Shown in pieces: positions 37,563 through 50,860 of a stretch of DNA of 64,000 nt. The notes below the pieces were generated by a model, which saw nothing but the letters and a program-made list of their open reading frames with translations, ran no database searches and was not told where the DNA came from. The stretch is from Chiloscyllium plagiosum (lineage: Eukaryota). Each line of letters opens with the position of its first letter. The first letter of the stretch is position 1. The stretch is taken from contig NC_057740.1 in NCBI RefSeq assembly GCF_004010195.1, positions 7,478,894 to 7,542,893 on the forward strand, in the 5' to 3' direction. Position numbers and translations under genes: made by a program.

Positions 37563-39870
37563 TTTTTTAAAAAAAAAAGCAAAGTTATTGTATAAATGCA
37601 AGTTGACATGTTCCATTTGTGTAGTAATTTTATTAAGATAAAATCTCTGAAGGTACGTCATGGATGTGTTATAAAACAATAGTCACATGAGATAATAGAG
37701 TGGATGACCATACATTTGGTCAAAGTAGTAGATTTTAATTTGCATCTTAAAGAAGGAAAAGGATGCAAAGAGATTTGGGAGGGAATTTTGGAGTTTGGAG
37801 CTAGGGAAATGCAAGCAATTCTTTAATTAGTAAAATAATTAAAATTGGGAGCCAAGAGCTCAAAATTACAGGAGCATAGAGACTAATGTGCTGTAGTGTG
37901 GAGGGCAGTGTAGAGGTTAGGAAGGGCCCGGGCTTTACAGGAATCTGAATACAGAATGCAAATGTTAAAAGGTGCAGTATTGTATAACTGCACACAGGTG
38001 TTTGTCAGTGATCATGAGAAGAGCAGTAAGAATTATGGACTATAATAGATCAGTCTGAGGGTAATGGCTCAGTGGTATTTGTTCAGCAATAGCCTGCGAA
38101 CTGATACTCCGTTTAATTTCCTCCAGGATCATTTATCTCGTAGCCTTATAACCATGTTCCAAAATTGGTAAAAAAGCTGAACTTAAGAGGTGAGGTGAGA
38201 GTGACTGCCTTTGACATTAAGGCAGTATTTGAATGAGTGTGGCATCAAGGACCCCATACAAAGTCATTGGGGATCAATTTGGAAAACACAGATTGGAGTC
38301 TCACCTAGTTGTTGGAATCCATTACAACTACAATATGCAGCATATGCTGGAAACCAGCATTCAGAAAATGTAACTTTCTGAATACGATCTGTTCAAAGGG
38401 AGCTACATTTGAGTATTGGTTATGTGCAGTCTGTCCAGCACCGAGAGGGATTGATGCCAGACTTTGGGCACTCAGGATAATTTGGGGGTCACTGAAGAGG
38501 TGTTCAAATCAGTGTGTGTGTGAGTGTGTGTAAGATGTAGGTAGACTGACGTGACTTTTTGTGATCTATAACTTGTGGTGTAATACCTGTGTTAGCTGCT
38601 GTAGCATATGAATGAGACATGGGTCAGATATTATTGAAAAGCTCGATTAATTTTAAACATGGCTTCTAAAATGGAAACTACAATCACAGGCACTTATTAA
38701 GCAGTTCTGACGTTCTGTAGCAAGCTTCCTTCAGTGTGCCATGCTGCAAAAGGATTCAGTAAGATGGAGTGTGAGATCATTTTATCATAAGGCCACATGC
38801 CATAATATGCTAATGACATCATTGGCATGTCCCTTGAAGGTATAACGGACATCTGTCTTGAAACATAACAAAAACAGTTAAGATGTATCAAAGAAAATTG
38901 ACATTGAGCTTGGATATATGATAGAGAACTAATATTTTAAATGAGAATCCATAGATGTGAAAACAGTTGAAATGCTAAAAAGAGAATTCTCCAAATTATC
39001 AGTCTTTTAGTTGAAAAGCACACCAGCTCCAGTTTGGGTAGTACATGAAGTTACAACTCAGTGAAGATTGGGGAAGATGTTGTCACCCCTAACAGGTTTC
39101 TGTCAAGATCTTGATATTGTCTACATTAAACTCTTGAATTTCACTGACTTTGCTTACAAATAAATCTTTCTTTAATGTGGCCCATTTTTAAACAGAGATG
39201 TGATTTCCCTGAGATATGGTATTGCCTGTAACTCAAATTTCCAAGATCACCTGATTTGTAGCATCTGTTTTAAAAGCCTATGCGTCTAGTTTTTAAAAAT
39301 ATCGACTGAAAATTCAAAATATGACTCTGTACTGGGGAATGACACAAGAATTTCACAGAAACTCAAACCTAAGCTGCAGTCAACCTTGAGGCTGGTTTGG
39401 TTGAGGTGAATGTGTAATTTTAAAATCCTCCTTTCACTCACTTCCCATACCTACTGGAGAATATAGACAAAGAAGCCAAATGATGACAGTATCAGCTGTA
39501 ATGACCCAAGGCCAATAGCTATAAGATGTTTTGTGATGTTTTATTATATTATAGCTATAAAGATAACTTACTAAATGGAAAGTGTATTATGGTGACCTGG
39601 ACATTTATTTGAAAAACGGTAAAGTAGCTTGCTTACCTTGTGGGCAAGTAGTTTGTCATACAGCCTTCCTGACTGGTTACTACATTGCTTTCCAATTTGA
39701 TATCCTCTTTTATTTATAGTCATTCAGAACCTCCTTGAGGTTCATTGCTGGATCCAGTTCTAGACATACCAACTTACTTTATATTGTGTAACAACTATAA
39801 GTAATGTATTACAATGAAATCTATGTAAAGCTAATTCAAGGTGTGTAGGCATTCCAGCACACACAGCACT

Positions 39871-40523
39871 TCAAAGTTTGTGAGAAGATTTGTAGCTCAG
39901 GTGCTCGTTGTTGTGGTTCTGTTCGCCAAACTGGGAATTTGTGTTGCAGATGTTTCGTCCCCTGTCTAGGCGACATCCTCAGTGCTTGGGAGCCTCCTGT
40001 GAAGCGCTTCTGTGATGTTTCCTCCGGCATTTATAGTGGTTTGTCTCTGCCGCTTCCGGTTGTCAGTTCCAGCTGTCCGTTGCAGTGGTCGGTATATTGG
40101 GTCCAGGTTGATGTGCTTATTGATAGAATCTGTGGATGAGTGCCATGCCTCTAGGAATTCCCTGGCTGTTCTGTTTGGCTTCTCCTATAATAGTAGTGTT
40201 GTTGACAAGCAACATGAGTTTGACTGGGACAACACTATTATTATAGGACAAGCCAAACAGAGAACAGCCAGGGAATTCCTAGAGGCATGACACTCATCCA
40301 CAGATTCAATCAATAAGCACATCAACCTGGACCCAATATACTGACAACTGCAGCGGACAGCTGGAACTGACAACCGGAAGCGGCAGAGACAAACCACTAT
40401 AAATGCTGGAGGAAACATCACAGAAGCGCTTCTCAGGAGGCTCCCAAGCACTGAGGATGTCACCTAGACAGGGGATGAAACGTCTGCAACACAAATTCCC
40501 AGCTTGGCGAACAGAACCACAAC
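39871..40523 (-). mobile_element. Second family D PLE, almost wholly an inverted repeat (39871-40202 minus, 40203-40523 plus)
   Basis: Same sequence as 30545-31319; hammerhead cores at 39949-39982 (minus) and 40451-40484 (plus); degenerate TSD acacacagcact / acatataccact. Confidence 0.9.
40448..40487 (+). ncRNA. Minimal type-I hammerhead ribozyme motif
   Basis: gca-CTGAGGA-t-GTCaCCT-agac-AGGgGAT-GAAACGTC-tgc. Confidence 0.65.
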
Positions 40524-41929
40524 ATATACCACTTTTTTTTTACAAAAATGGAATCAATAGTTTTAAGAAATAAATTGTTCCCGTTGGTGGAAAAAAACCC
40601 CATTATAATTTAAATCAGTTTTTTGTGATTAGAATGAATAGTTTTCTGTCTGTGCATCAAAAGATGGTTACACATAGTTGGATCATTTGGCCTGATCTGT
40701 TTGTACTGGCTCTTTGCAAAAGCAAATCACCTGATATCACTGCCTTGCCCTTTCCTAATGTCTGAAAATATTTCTCTGTCAATAATTATCCTTTTTTTTC
40801 AAAGGTTTCAGTTGAACTTGCTTTCACCACACTCACTCTCGGGCAGTATTTTATAGGTCCGAACCCTTCACTATGTAAAGAGTCTTCTTTCACTAATTAC
40901 CTTAAATTGACACCCTCTGATTCTCAATCCTTCTGAGAATGACTCAGGGAACAATGACTCTTTATCTACTTTGTTCACAGCACTCATGATTTTGAATGCC
41001 TTTAACAAATCTCCTCATGATCTTTTCTTAGGAGGCAAGCCCCAACTTTTTCAGTGCATTGATGTAACTGAATTTCCTAATCCCTAGGATGATTCTAATG
41101 AATCCTCGTTGCACCCTTCACACCCTTCCTAAAGTGTATTGCCCAGAACTAGACTTGATGCTCCAAATGAGCCTGACTCAATTTTTCATACAGATTTATT
41201 TTTATTTCCTGACTGTTTTTACTTCATTTGCTTGCTTATGAAGTCCATGATCTTGTAGTCTTTATTGACCACTTTGTTAAATTGTTCTGATGTCATCAAC
41301 TAGAATTTATACTTTGTTTTTTCTGCTCTGTACAGCATTCTGCTAATATAATGTAATATGATTGTTTTGCGCATTGTTACATGTCACTTGGGTAGTGTGC
41401 TAAAAATCAAAGTCAAATGTTCCCAGAGTTGATGTACTAGCTTAGAGCTCTCAGCCAACCAACCTCCTTCCCTCCCGCTGCAAAAAAAAACCCCAGTCTT
41501 GTGCATGCATACACTTGCACATGCGCACACATACCAAAAGAACAAGGGTGATACGGGCAAAGCGATTCCTGTTTTGAGAGCCACAGCTTACAGCAATAGC
41601 TGAGGAAATAAAAACTGTCTTTCTTCAGGCTTGAGATACTTCGTATTATAGAGCAAAACTAGTTGTTTCTGTAATAACAAAGTGAATGGGTAAGGCAGTA
41701 GTGAGTAGCATGGTGGTTAGGGCTGATGAGTATGTTGGGGAAACATGTTAAAAGTGTATTGATGGAGTAAAGATTTGGCAACCAGTTCATGCAGGATTAT
41801 TAAGAGTGGAGGGTGGGGGAATTTCGAGAGCGAGTGAAGGAAGGTATTGCATACAACAGGAGTGTTAATGCATGAGCTTTGTGGGAGGTGGCTGTGAAAG
41901 GAATAGAGTAAATGGAGGTAGCAGAGAAC

Positions 41930-42070
41930 AGAGTATGACACTTAGTCTTGCAAATATAGTCTGGTGGCATGTCCTCTGCTGTTGCTTCATTGGGAAGAGG
42001 ATTCCCCTCCTCTCTGAAGGGTCTTGAAGTCCATCTCTGAAAAGTGTGGTGCCAGTCTCCCCTTCTCTGA
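41930..42070 (-). mobile_element. Possible decayed Harbinger-type Myb/SANT-like coding remnant
   Basis: Frameshifted minus translation RLAPHFSEMDFK / ERRGILFP resembles, from recall, R.P.FS..EL...RR..LF motifs. Confidence 0.3.
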
Positions 42071-44867
42071 CATAATTTCTAACTCCTCCTATTTCTGAAC
42101 AGAACAGTTGCCTAATGCTAGTTTCCTGCAGCTGTGTAGTAGATTTGGAAAGATGGTATAGATACAAAAAGTACTGGACATAAGATGGATACTTGGTTGG
42201 TTCACGAAGGTGCATCGTGGGAAATTGGACACGTTGCTTGCCATAACAGTAATAACTAATGCGACATGTTTGGCAAGGTACAGTGAGGAAATGTGCTTAA
42301 CCTCAGTGACCATCTCTCCACTAAAATTTGGTCCAACTTGGCTCTTAGCTAAAAAGGATGTAAGATTCAGCCCATAGTTTCTATGTTTGGTCTTGCACAC
42401 TAGACAGACAGTGTTGATGGGATTTAATGGCAATGTGTTTTCAAAATTTCAATTCACCCACAATGGAGAAATTAGCTATCTTCTCCCTTTTTAAAGAGTA
42501 TCTTTCGTGCTTGAAATGTACAAATGACAAGCTGTAGTGACATGTCCTTGCTTTCAATGCTGTGAAGAAAGACAGCTGTACTCAAATTTAATTAAATGAT
42601 AATAGAATTTAATTATATCATTGTCCATGTTTTGCTGAAGGCAGCATGTTAAGTAATCTGAATCCCTTGGGTAACTGGATATAACTACACATCATTTGGT
42701 GCTACTTTCAGTCGAATAATTAGATTGCATCGATGGTACAACTATCTGTATGAGCACAGGGCTCAGTGCTAAGTTTGGTGCTGGAATTGGTGTGGTTTAG
42801 GTGTGTATCTTTAGTTCACTGAGAAACAGTTGTACTGAAGTTGTAATTTAAATTCAGAGTTGGGCCTGACCTAGCTCTGGATTGCAGTCTTGATTGGAGC
42901 AGACTTTTTTAACACCAAAAAAAAAATTTGCAATTTGGACAAACCATTTAGTTTGATTAACTGAGGGGAGGGGAAGTTGGAAGTGGAGATTCCTCCCTGA
43001 ATGGAAAATGTTAAAATGAGAGTATGAACAAAGAAACCTGGGACTATGGAACATAATTTTCTGAAATTGAATGGAGAATATCTTTCTTTAAAATAAGACG
43101 AGCTGTTGTATGAGAGATATTTTGATCAATTGTGCAGATGTGTATCTTTGGAACAGTGGGATTTGGACTGGACTTCTGGGTCAGTCTGCCGTAGGTCATC
43201 TACAGATGAATACAATATGGCCACAAGAGCCCTTTTTCAAAACATTTGACTGTGAATTGAAAGCTTTACTTGGACTGAAGGAAAGTTTTGGATGAAAGAT
43301 TAAAGCTCAGGATTTCCTGTTTATGGGTGGGCAGTATAACCTACTTAGCCACAATACCATGTAGTTTTTAAAGAGAAGATCTGTTGCTCAGTTTATCAGC
43401 CTGGTCGCTCAAGTTATTATTGTCGTACACCTCTGGCCCAGAAGTAAGAATATTATCATTTTACCTTTTCTGTTTTGTGTGATTTATCTCCTTTTCTGCA
43501 TTTGCTACATAAGGAAAAGAAGACCAATCAGCCCATCGACGCTGTTAATTGACAGCAGGACTGATTTACACCTTAATACCATTTATCCTTTGCACTATAT
43601 CCGTTGACACTGTTGCTGAACAAAGATTTAATCATCTCAGTCTTGATACTTGTAATTGATCTTCAACATCCAGGGCCTTTAGGGGAGCAAGATCCTAGCT
43701 TTCCATTATCTTTTGTATTGGGAAAAAGTTCTAAAACACTCCAGAACAACCTAGCTCTAATTTTGATTGTATCCATTTGTTCTGCTACCTTCAAAAAATT
43801 AACTTCTCTTTATCTGTTCAGTCAAATCTTTAATTATTTTAAAGATCTCTTTGTCCCTTTCTAGAAATAATGGGCAGCCTCGGAAACCCTTATTCCTTTG
43901 TATCTCTGAACCTAATCTAATACTTTCTTTGCCAGCCTCGGTTATTCTACACTGCTTGAGCTCATCCAAAGTTCTGCTGATATCCTAACTCTCATTAAGT
44001 CTCATTCACCCATCACTACATTGCTGAGCAGATTTCATTGGCTAACCAATGTCTCAATTTTTAAAAATCCTTATTTTCAAATTGCTTCCTGATTTCACTC
44101 CTCCTGTCTCTTTCACTCTCTTATTTTACAAACATCAGACCTTTTTATTCTTCAATATTGCCTCTTGTGAATCCCGATTTTAATCACTTCAGCAGGTAGC
44201 TTTGCTCCCTTATTCTATCTTCCTCTTAACTTGTTTCTTTCTCCTCTTGTAATATACTGCTTAAAGCCTCCTTTGACTAAGCCTTTGGTCACCTATCCTT
44301 TCTGGCTTTGTAAGATTTAGCTTGACAATGCTCATGTGAAGCTGTTTGACTGCTTACTACATGAAAGGTGCTATTTAAATGTAGTTTCTTGTGATCACTG
44401 AAAATCCATCTGATTGCCATCAACCTTACCAAGATCTCCCTTTTTTGAACATGTATACTATTGGCCAGCTGAATCAGATGGATTCTGGGTGTATTTCAGA
44501 GATGTTTGAAAATTCAAACTGTTTCCATGTCTTTGTGCTGAGTTCAACTCCAATTTAAAAGAGGACTTGAAAACTTTTGATACAACAAGTAAGGATGGCA
44601 TGGCGAAACGACAAGCTATATTAAGAAGCCAAAGAAGTGAAATAAGAATGAAATTAAGTCTTTACGTTGTGTGGTCTTCATTATCAGGCCCTATTTTTAG
44701 TGTCTGTGGCATGTGCTATAACTCAAGAATTGAACTTTTACAATTTTGCAGCATAGCACAGTAGCTAAATTGCTTTGTTTTGAGATGGGCGGCAAATTTT
44801 AAGAAGATAAGGCTGATAAAAGATGCATTATATTGCACGTAATATGAAGATGTCTTATCTAAAATAT

Positions 44868-44963
44868 GTCACACAACTATCTGATGAAGGAGCAGCGCTC
44901 CGAAAGCTCGTGCTTCCAAATAAACCTGTTGGACTTTAACCTGGTGGTGTGTGATTTTTAACT
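44868..44963 (+). mobile_element. 96-bp PLE family B insertion consisting largely of a hammerhead motif
   Basis: Perfect 13-bp TSD ttatctaaaatat (44855-44867, 44964-44976); the 3' part matches 9523-9582. Confidence 0.85.
44878..44912 (+). ncRNA. Minimal type-I hammerhead ribozyme motif
   Basis: CTGATGA (44881-44887), a, GGAGC-agc-GCTCC, GAAA, GCTC. Palindromic AGCT stem III; predicted cleavage after C44909. Confidence 0.72.
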
Positions 44964-45899
44964 TTATCTAAAATATTAACTCATAGTATCATCAACTGGA
45001 CACATGTCTTGGGAAAGAATAATTTTCAAGCCGAAGCACACTGGTCAGAGCAGCAGCAACATTGCATTTGAGGATAATGCAAATTGTTTAGATGGAGTCC
45101 CTGAGCTTGCAACTCTTTTTGCAAAGACCATTTGGCCCAGTTTGTGGATTTAAAAAAAAAATGATTTGTATACCAGGAACTTGCCACAGGGCCTTTGCCT
45201 CCTCTTTCTCTAAAACACCCTTCAATCTTTGACATTTGAAGGCACTCAAGAAGACCTCATTGCCCCAACTGGAATTTTGTTAAAGGAAATGTCTGAATTG
45301 ACCCTGCTGTCTCCAGAAAAGAACATTCAACCAGCTATAACTGGGAGAAATCGGAGTACTAATCACTAGTGGAATAATGACTTGGGCAGCAGACCAGCAT
45401 TTGGACAACATGTGAATAATTTTTCTGAACTTAACATTTTATTCAGAAATTCATTTTAAATAATACTCTACAGAATTTAGTTTATTTTTCCTGGCTTAAA
45501 TAGATTATTTGATGAAGGTTACAGCAAAGAAGTCATCCTATGCCAGATGTTTGAGCAATCTAAAATGAAATCCATTGGATCTTTCCATAATATGGTAATT
45601 TCTTCCAGTTTCAAGAGTTGCTCTACTCAATTCCCTTCATCTTCACTTGGGTTAGAACATCCTTATGTACTGCTTGCAGTTCAGGTTACCATATTATAAA
45701 AAGGATGCAGAGCCCTGGAGAGGGTGAAGGTAGGATTTGCAAGATGAAATCAGAAATATGTAGATATACAATTCAGAAGGAATTAGCAGCCATTTGGAGT
45801 AGAAGGAATTTGGGATTACAATGATGGATTTAGATGATGGAAGAAGGCTGAAGTGGAGCATTGGTGTGGACTGGTTTTGTTAAATGGCCTGTTTCTGCT

Positions 45900-46070
45900 G
45901 CAGATGTGCGGGTTAGGTGAATTGGCCATGCTAAATTACCTGTAGTGTTAGGTTCATTAGTCAGGGGTAAATGTAGGGGAATGGGTCTTGTTGGGTTGCT
46001 CTTCAGAGGGTTGGTGTGGACTTGTTGGGCTGAAGGGCCTGTTTCCACACTGCAGGGAATCTGATCTAAT
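45900..46070 (+). mobile_element. 5'-truncated HE1-like SINE
   Basis: gatgtgcgggttaggtgaattggccatgctaaatt...gcctgtttccacactg. Confidence 0.8.
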
Positions 46071-46986
46071 CATATCCTATGCAAATGCCTATATTGATAG
46101 GTATGGGAGTGCTAATTTATCTGTACATGTTCAATAGGACCTGATTCCTATGCTGGTGAGGTAGAAGGATACAATTAAACAACAATAGCATGCAACAATT
46201 AATTTTAATAAAATAATGTCAAAATTCCACACATTGTTTATTGGTTTTAGACTACTGGAATACAATATTGACTTTCTTGAACATCAGTAGCTTCAATATA
46301 ACACACAAAGAAGTGAGAGCTGATATGTGCTTAGAACTTATGTTTGTTCTTTTACACAGTGGCTGTCAATTCTGCAGTTGTCAGCCAACTCCCAGGTGCT
46401 GACACCATTTCTCTGTGTAGTTTTTGCTAATTTTAATTGCATTTCATGGGAATTTCACTCCTCTTCAGAGGCCCATCCTTGAGCTGGCTTGCAGACTAGA
46501 TTTTATGAAGGAAATAATTTTAAAATTGAAATAATTTGTGGATACAGCTTGTTTATTTTGAAGACTTCTGAATAAAAATGTTGTTTTGCTGTCTGGTATT
46601 CATGCAGCACGAGACTTGCTTGAGAATGCTATCTTTATGAATGTCTGAGTTAAAACAGTAGATGTTGATGAATGCCAGTATTATTATATCATATGAGCAA
46701 ATAAATTTTGTTTGATTCACCAATCCAGGGCTATCCAAAGTCTATTTTATCAGCAGCTTCTTTAGCTGCCCCTATTTTCTTCACTAACATAATTTGTACA
46801 ATCTAAATTGGGAATTTTGTTCTGCATGAGATTAATATTTCAAAGTAGGTGCTAGCATAATGGAAATACAGTTAATTGTTCTTAGTTTCTCTGTCATTTG
46901 ATAGAGGAAGCAGATAAAGCCATTCTGAGCAGCATTGGAAATTGTTGCTGATCATTTATTTTAAGGAATGGGAATGAGGTTATTAG

Positions 46987-47181
<195 letters not shown>

Positions 47182-47927
47182 TAAATTATTTGGATTGCCT
47201 TCTGGGCATTTAAAATTATTTTATAGCGTCCAGTTATTAAAATGTATCACATGGCAATGGAATGCAGGTGAGATGTTCAAATACATTCACTGTTTGTTCT
47301 CCCAATTGTTTTACTTGGTTATCAATGACACTTCCCTCCACAAGATTTCTCCTCTGTTGGTCTAGAGAAATAAAACTTCTCCATCTATCCCATGCAATCA
47401 ATGGGTGATTCTTGTTATGTAAGCAACTGATGTTACAACTAGACAAGCCATATCTCTGACAGAACCCTGGCTTGATAGATCATATTGTGATTTGTTTTTG
47501 TTTTCATGAAGTGGTTCATCACTGAAACATAAGGACATGATGCTGCAGATTTTACTTTAACGATGAGAAGAAGTTAATTAACAAAATAAATGATATTATA
47601 GAATAAACTAAACCACCTGTTGTAATGCCAATTCACAGATTTTTAAACGTAGAGTACAAGTGATAGGGGTAGATACAAATAATGGACATTCCTAGGGTTT
47701 GAACTAGTCTCCATTTACCTGCATTTTGGAGCAAATCATCAACTTGCCCGGGTGTGGAAACAACTTCCACAAAACCTTCCTGCTTCCAGGAGATTAACAT
47801 CAAGTGTGATACTAATTCCAATTCCAGTGTTCAGTTTAATCTGCTGTGCTGGATGGTGGACTCAGAGTAGCATGGATCTTGCAAGTGTCCCTGAGATTGC
47901 AGACTGACTTTGACACCCACTCATTCA

Positions 47928-49700
47928 CTTAGAGGCATAGAGCATGGTAACAGACCCTTCAGTCCAACCCGTCCATGCTGACCAGATATCCCAAACCGAT
48001 CTAGTCCCACCTGCCAGCACCCGGCCCATATCCCTCCAAACCCTTCCTATTCATATTCCCATCCAATTGCCTTTTAAATGTTGCAATTGTACCAGCCTCC
48101 ACACTTCCTCTGGCAGCTCATTCCATACACGTACCATCCTCTGTGTGAAAAAGTTGCCCCTTAGGTCTCTTTTATGTCTTTCCCTATATCTAAATCTATG
48201 CCCTCTAGTTCTGGACTCCCACCCCAGGGATAAGACTTAGGATTTTGTAAATCTCTATAAGGTCAGCCCTCAACCTTCGATGCTCCAAGGAAAACAGCCC
48301 CAGCCTGTTTAACCTCTCTCTATAGCTCAGATCCTCCAACCCTGGCAACATCCTTGTAAATCTTTTCTGAACCCTTTCAAGTTTCACAACATCTTTCTGA
48401 TAGAAGGAGACCAGAATTGCACAGAATATTCCAATAGTGTCCGAACCAATGTCCTGTACAGCCGCAACATGACCTCCCAACTCCTGTACTCAATACTCTG
48501 ACCAATAAAGGAAAGCATACCAAATGCCACCTTCACTATCCTATCCACCCGCGACGTCACTTTCAAGGAGCTATGAACCTGCACTCCAAGGTTTCTTTGT
48601 TCAGCAACACTCCCTAGGACCTTACCATTAAGTGGCTAAGTCCTGCTAAAACACAGCACCTGGCATTTACCTGAATTAAACTCCATCTGCCATTTCTGAG
48701 CCCATTGGCTCATCTGATCAAGATCCTGTTGTAATCTGAGGTAACCCTCAGATTACAACAGGATAAGTTAATGAGAATCCAGAGAAATATACTTTCTCTG
48801 GATTCTCATTAACTTATTCCTGAAGGCTTCCCATTTTCCAGCCATCCTTTTACCTGCGAACATCTGCCCCCAATCACCTTTTGAAAATTCTTACCTAATA
48901 CTGTCAAAATTGGCCTTTCTCCAATTTAGAACTTCAACTTTTAGATCTGGTCTATCCTTTTCCATCACTATTTTAAATCTAATGGAATTATGGTTGTGGC
49001 CCCAAAGTGCTCCCCCACTGACACCTCAGTCACCTGCCCTGCCTTATTTCCCAAGAGTAGGTCAAGTTTTGCACCTTCTCTAGTAGGTACATCCACATAC
49101 TTGATCAGAAAATTTTCTTGTACAAAACTTAACAAATTCCTCTCCATCTAAACTCTTTACACTATGGCAGTCCCAGTCTATGTTTGGAAAATTAAAATCC
49201 CCTACCATAGTCACCGTATTATTCTTACAGATAGCTGAGATCTCCTTCCAAGTTTGTTTCTCTCTTTCCCTCTGACTATTAGGGGGTCTATAATACAATC
49301 CCAATAAGGTGATCATGCCTTTCTTATTTCTCAGTTCTACCCAAATAACTTCCCTGGATGTATTTCCGGGAATATCCTCCCTCAGCACAGCTGTAATGGT
49401 ATCCCTTATCAAAATGGCCACTCCCCCTCCTCTCTTGCCTCCCTTTCTACCCTTCTGTAGCATTTGTATCCTGGAACATTAAGCTGCCAGTCCTGCCCAT
49501 CCCTGAGCCATGTTTCTGTAATTGCTATGATATCCCAATCCCATGTTCCTAACCATGCCCTGAGTTCATCTGTCTTCCCTGTTAGGCCCCTTCCATTGAA
49601 ATAAATGCAGTTTAATTTATTAGTCCTACCTTGTCCCTGCCTATCTGACTCTCTTCTGTTCTCAACTGTACAATCTGATTGATCTCTTTCCTCAGTATTT
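47928..49700 (-). mobile_element. CR1/HER1 LINE with intact-looking endonuclease and 3' end but deleted RT core
   Basis: ORF 49080-49463 (APE motifs) and 48205-48584 (C-terminus), joined at 48746-48787. Confidence 0.88.
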
Positions 49701-50012
49701 CCCTGGGTCCTCTACAAACACTGCCCCAGGTTAGATTAATAGTTATAGCTGATGTTTTAAGTTTAATCAAGTGACATATCTCAAAAAACATATAATCAAG
49801 AAAGAACCCACTCTACTCACTACTGCAGACGTTCTGCAGGCCACTTAAAATGATTAACTTATCTGATTGTGTGCTGTGAACTTCACCCAAACAGTTCCTC
49901 CAAGATCAGTTGTGAATTTCGCTGTTTGTTAATTTTCCCAGATGCACTGATGTCCAGTGGTACATGAATTCAAACAACAAAGGCAGTACTGTGCAGTTCA
50001 CTCTGGTTTCTT

Positions 50013-50686
50013 TCTCGCGCTCTCTCGCGCCCTCTCTCGCGCCCTCTCTCGCGCCCTTTCACTGTGTCTCACTGTCGCTCTCGCGTGCTCTCTCGCGCTC
50101 TTGCTGATTCGCTCGCGCTCTCTCTCGCGCTCTCTCTCGCGCGCGCTCTCTCTCGCTCTCTCTCTCTCGCGCTCTCTCGCGCTCTCTCGCGCTCTCTCGC
50201 GCTCTCTCGCGCTCTCTCGCGCTCTCTCGCGCTCTCTCGCGCTCTCTCGCGCTCTCTCGCGCTCTCTCGCGCTCTCTCGCGCTCTCTCGCGCTCTCTCGC
50301 GCTCTCTCGCGCTCTCTCGCGCTCTCTCGCGCTCTCTCGCGCTCTCTCGCGCTCTCTCGCGCTCTCTCGCGCTCTCTCGCGCTCTCTCGCGCTCTCTCGC
50401 GCTCTCTCGCGCTCTCTCGCGCTCTCTCGCGCTCTCTCGCGCTCTCTCGCGCTCTCTCGCGCTCTCTCGCGCTCTCTCGCGCTCTCTCGCGCTCTCTCGC
50501 GCTCTCTCGCGCTCTCTCGCGCTCTCTCGCGCTCTCTCGCGCTCTCTCGCGCTCTCTCGCGCTCTCTCGCGCTCTCTCGCGCTCTCTCGCGCTCTCTCGC
50601 GCTCTCTCGCGCTCTCTCGCGCTCTCTCGCGCTCTCTCGCGCTCTCTCGCGCTCTCTCGCGCTCTCTCGCGCTCTCTCGCGCTCTC
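50013..50686. repeat. (GCTCTCTCGC)n 10-bp tandem array, 51 perfect units 50171-50680, running into an assembly gap
   Basis: Read directly; degenerate units at 50013-50170. Confidence 0.95.
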
Positions 50687-50860
50687 NNNNNNNNNNNNNN
50701 NNNNNNNNNNNNNNNNNNNNNNNNNNNNNNNNNNNNNNNNNNNNNNNNNNNNNNNNNNNNNNNNNNNNNNNNNNNNNNNNNNNNNNNNNNNNNNNNNNNN
50801 NNNNNNNNNNNNNNNNNNNNNNNNNNNNNNNNNNNNNNNNNNNNNNNNNNNNNNNNNNNN
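50687..50860. other. Assembly gap (174 N)
   Basis: Run of N. Confidence 1.
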
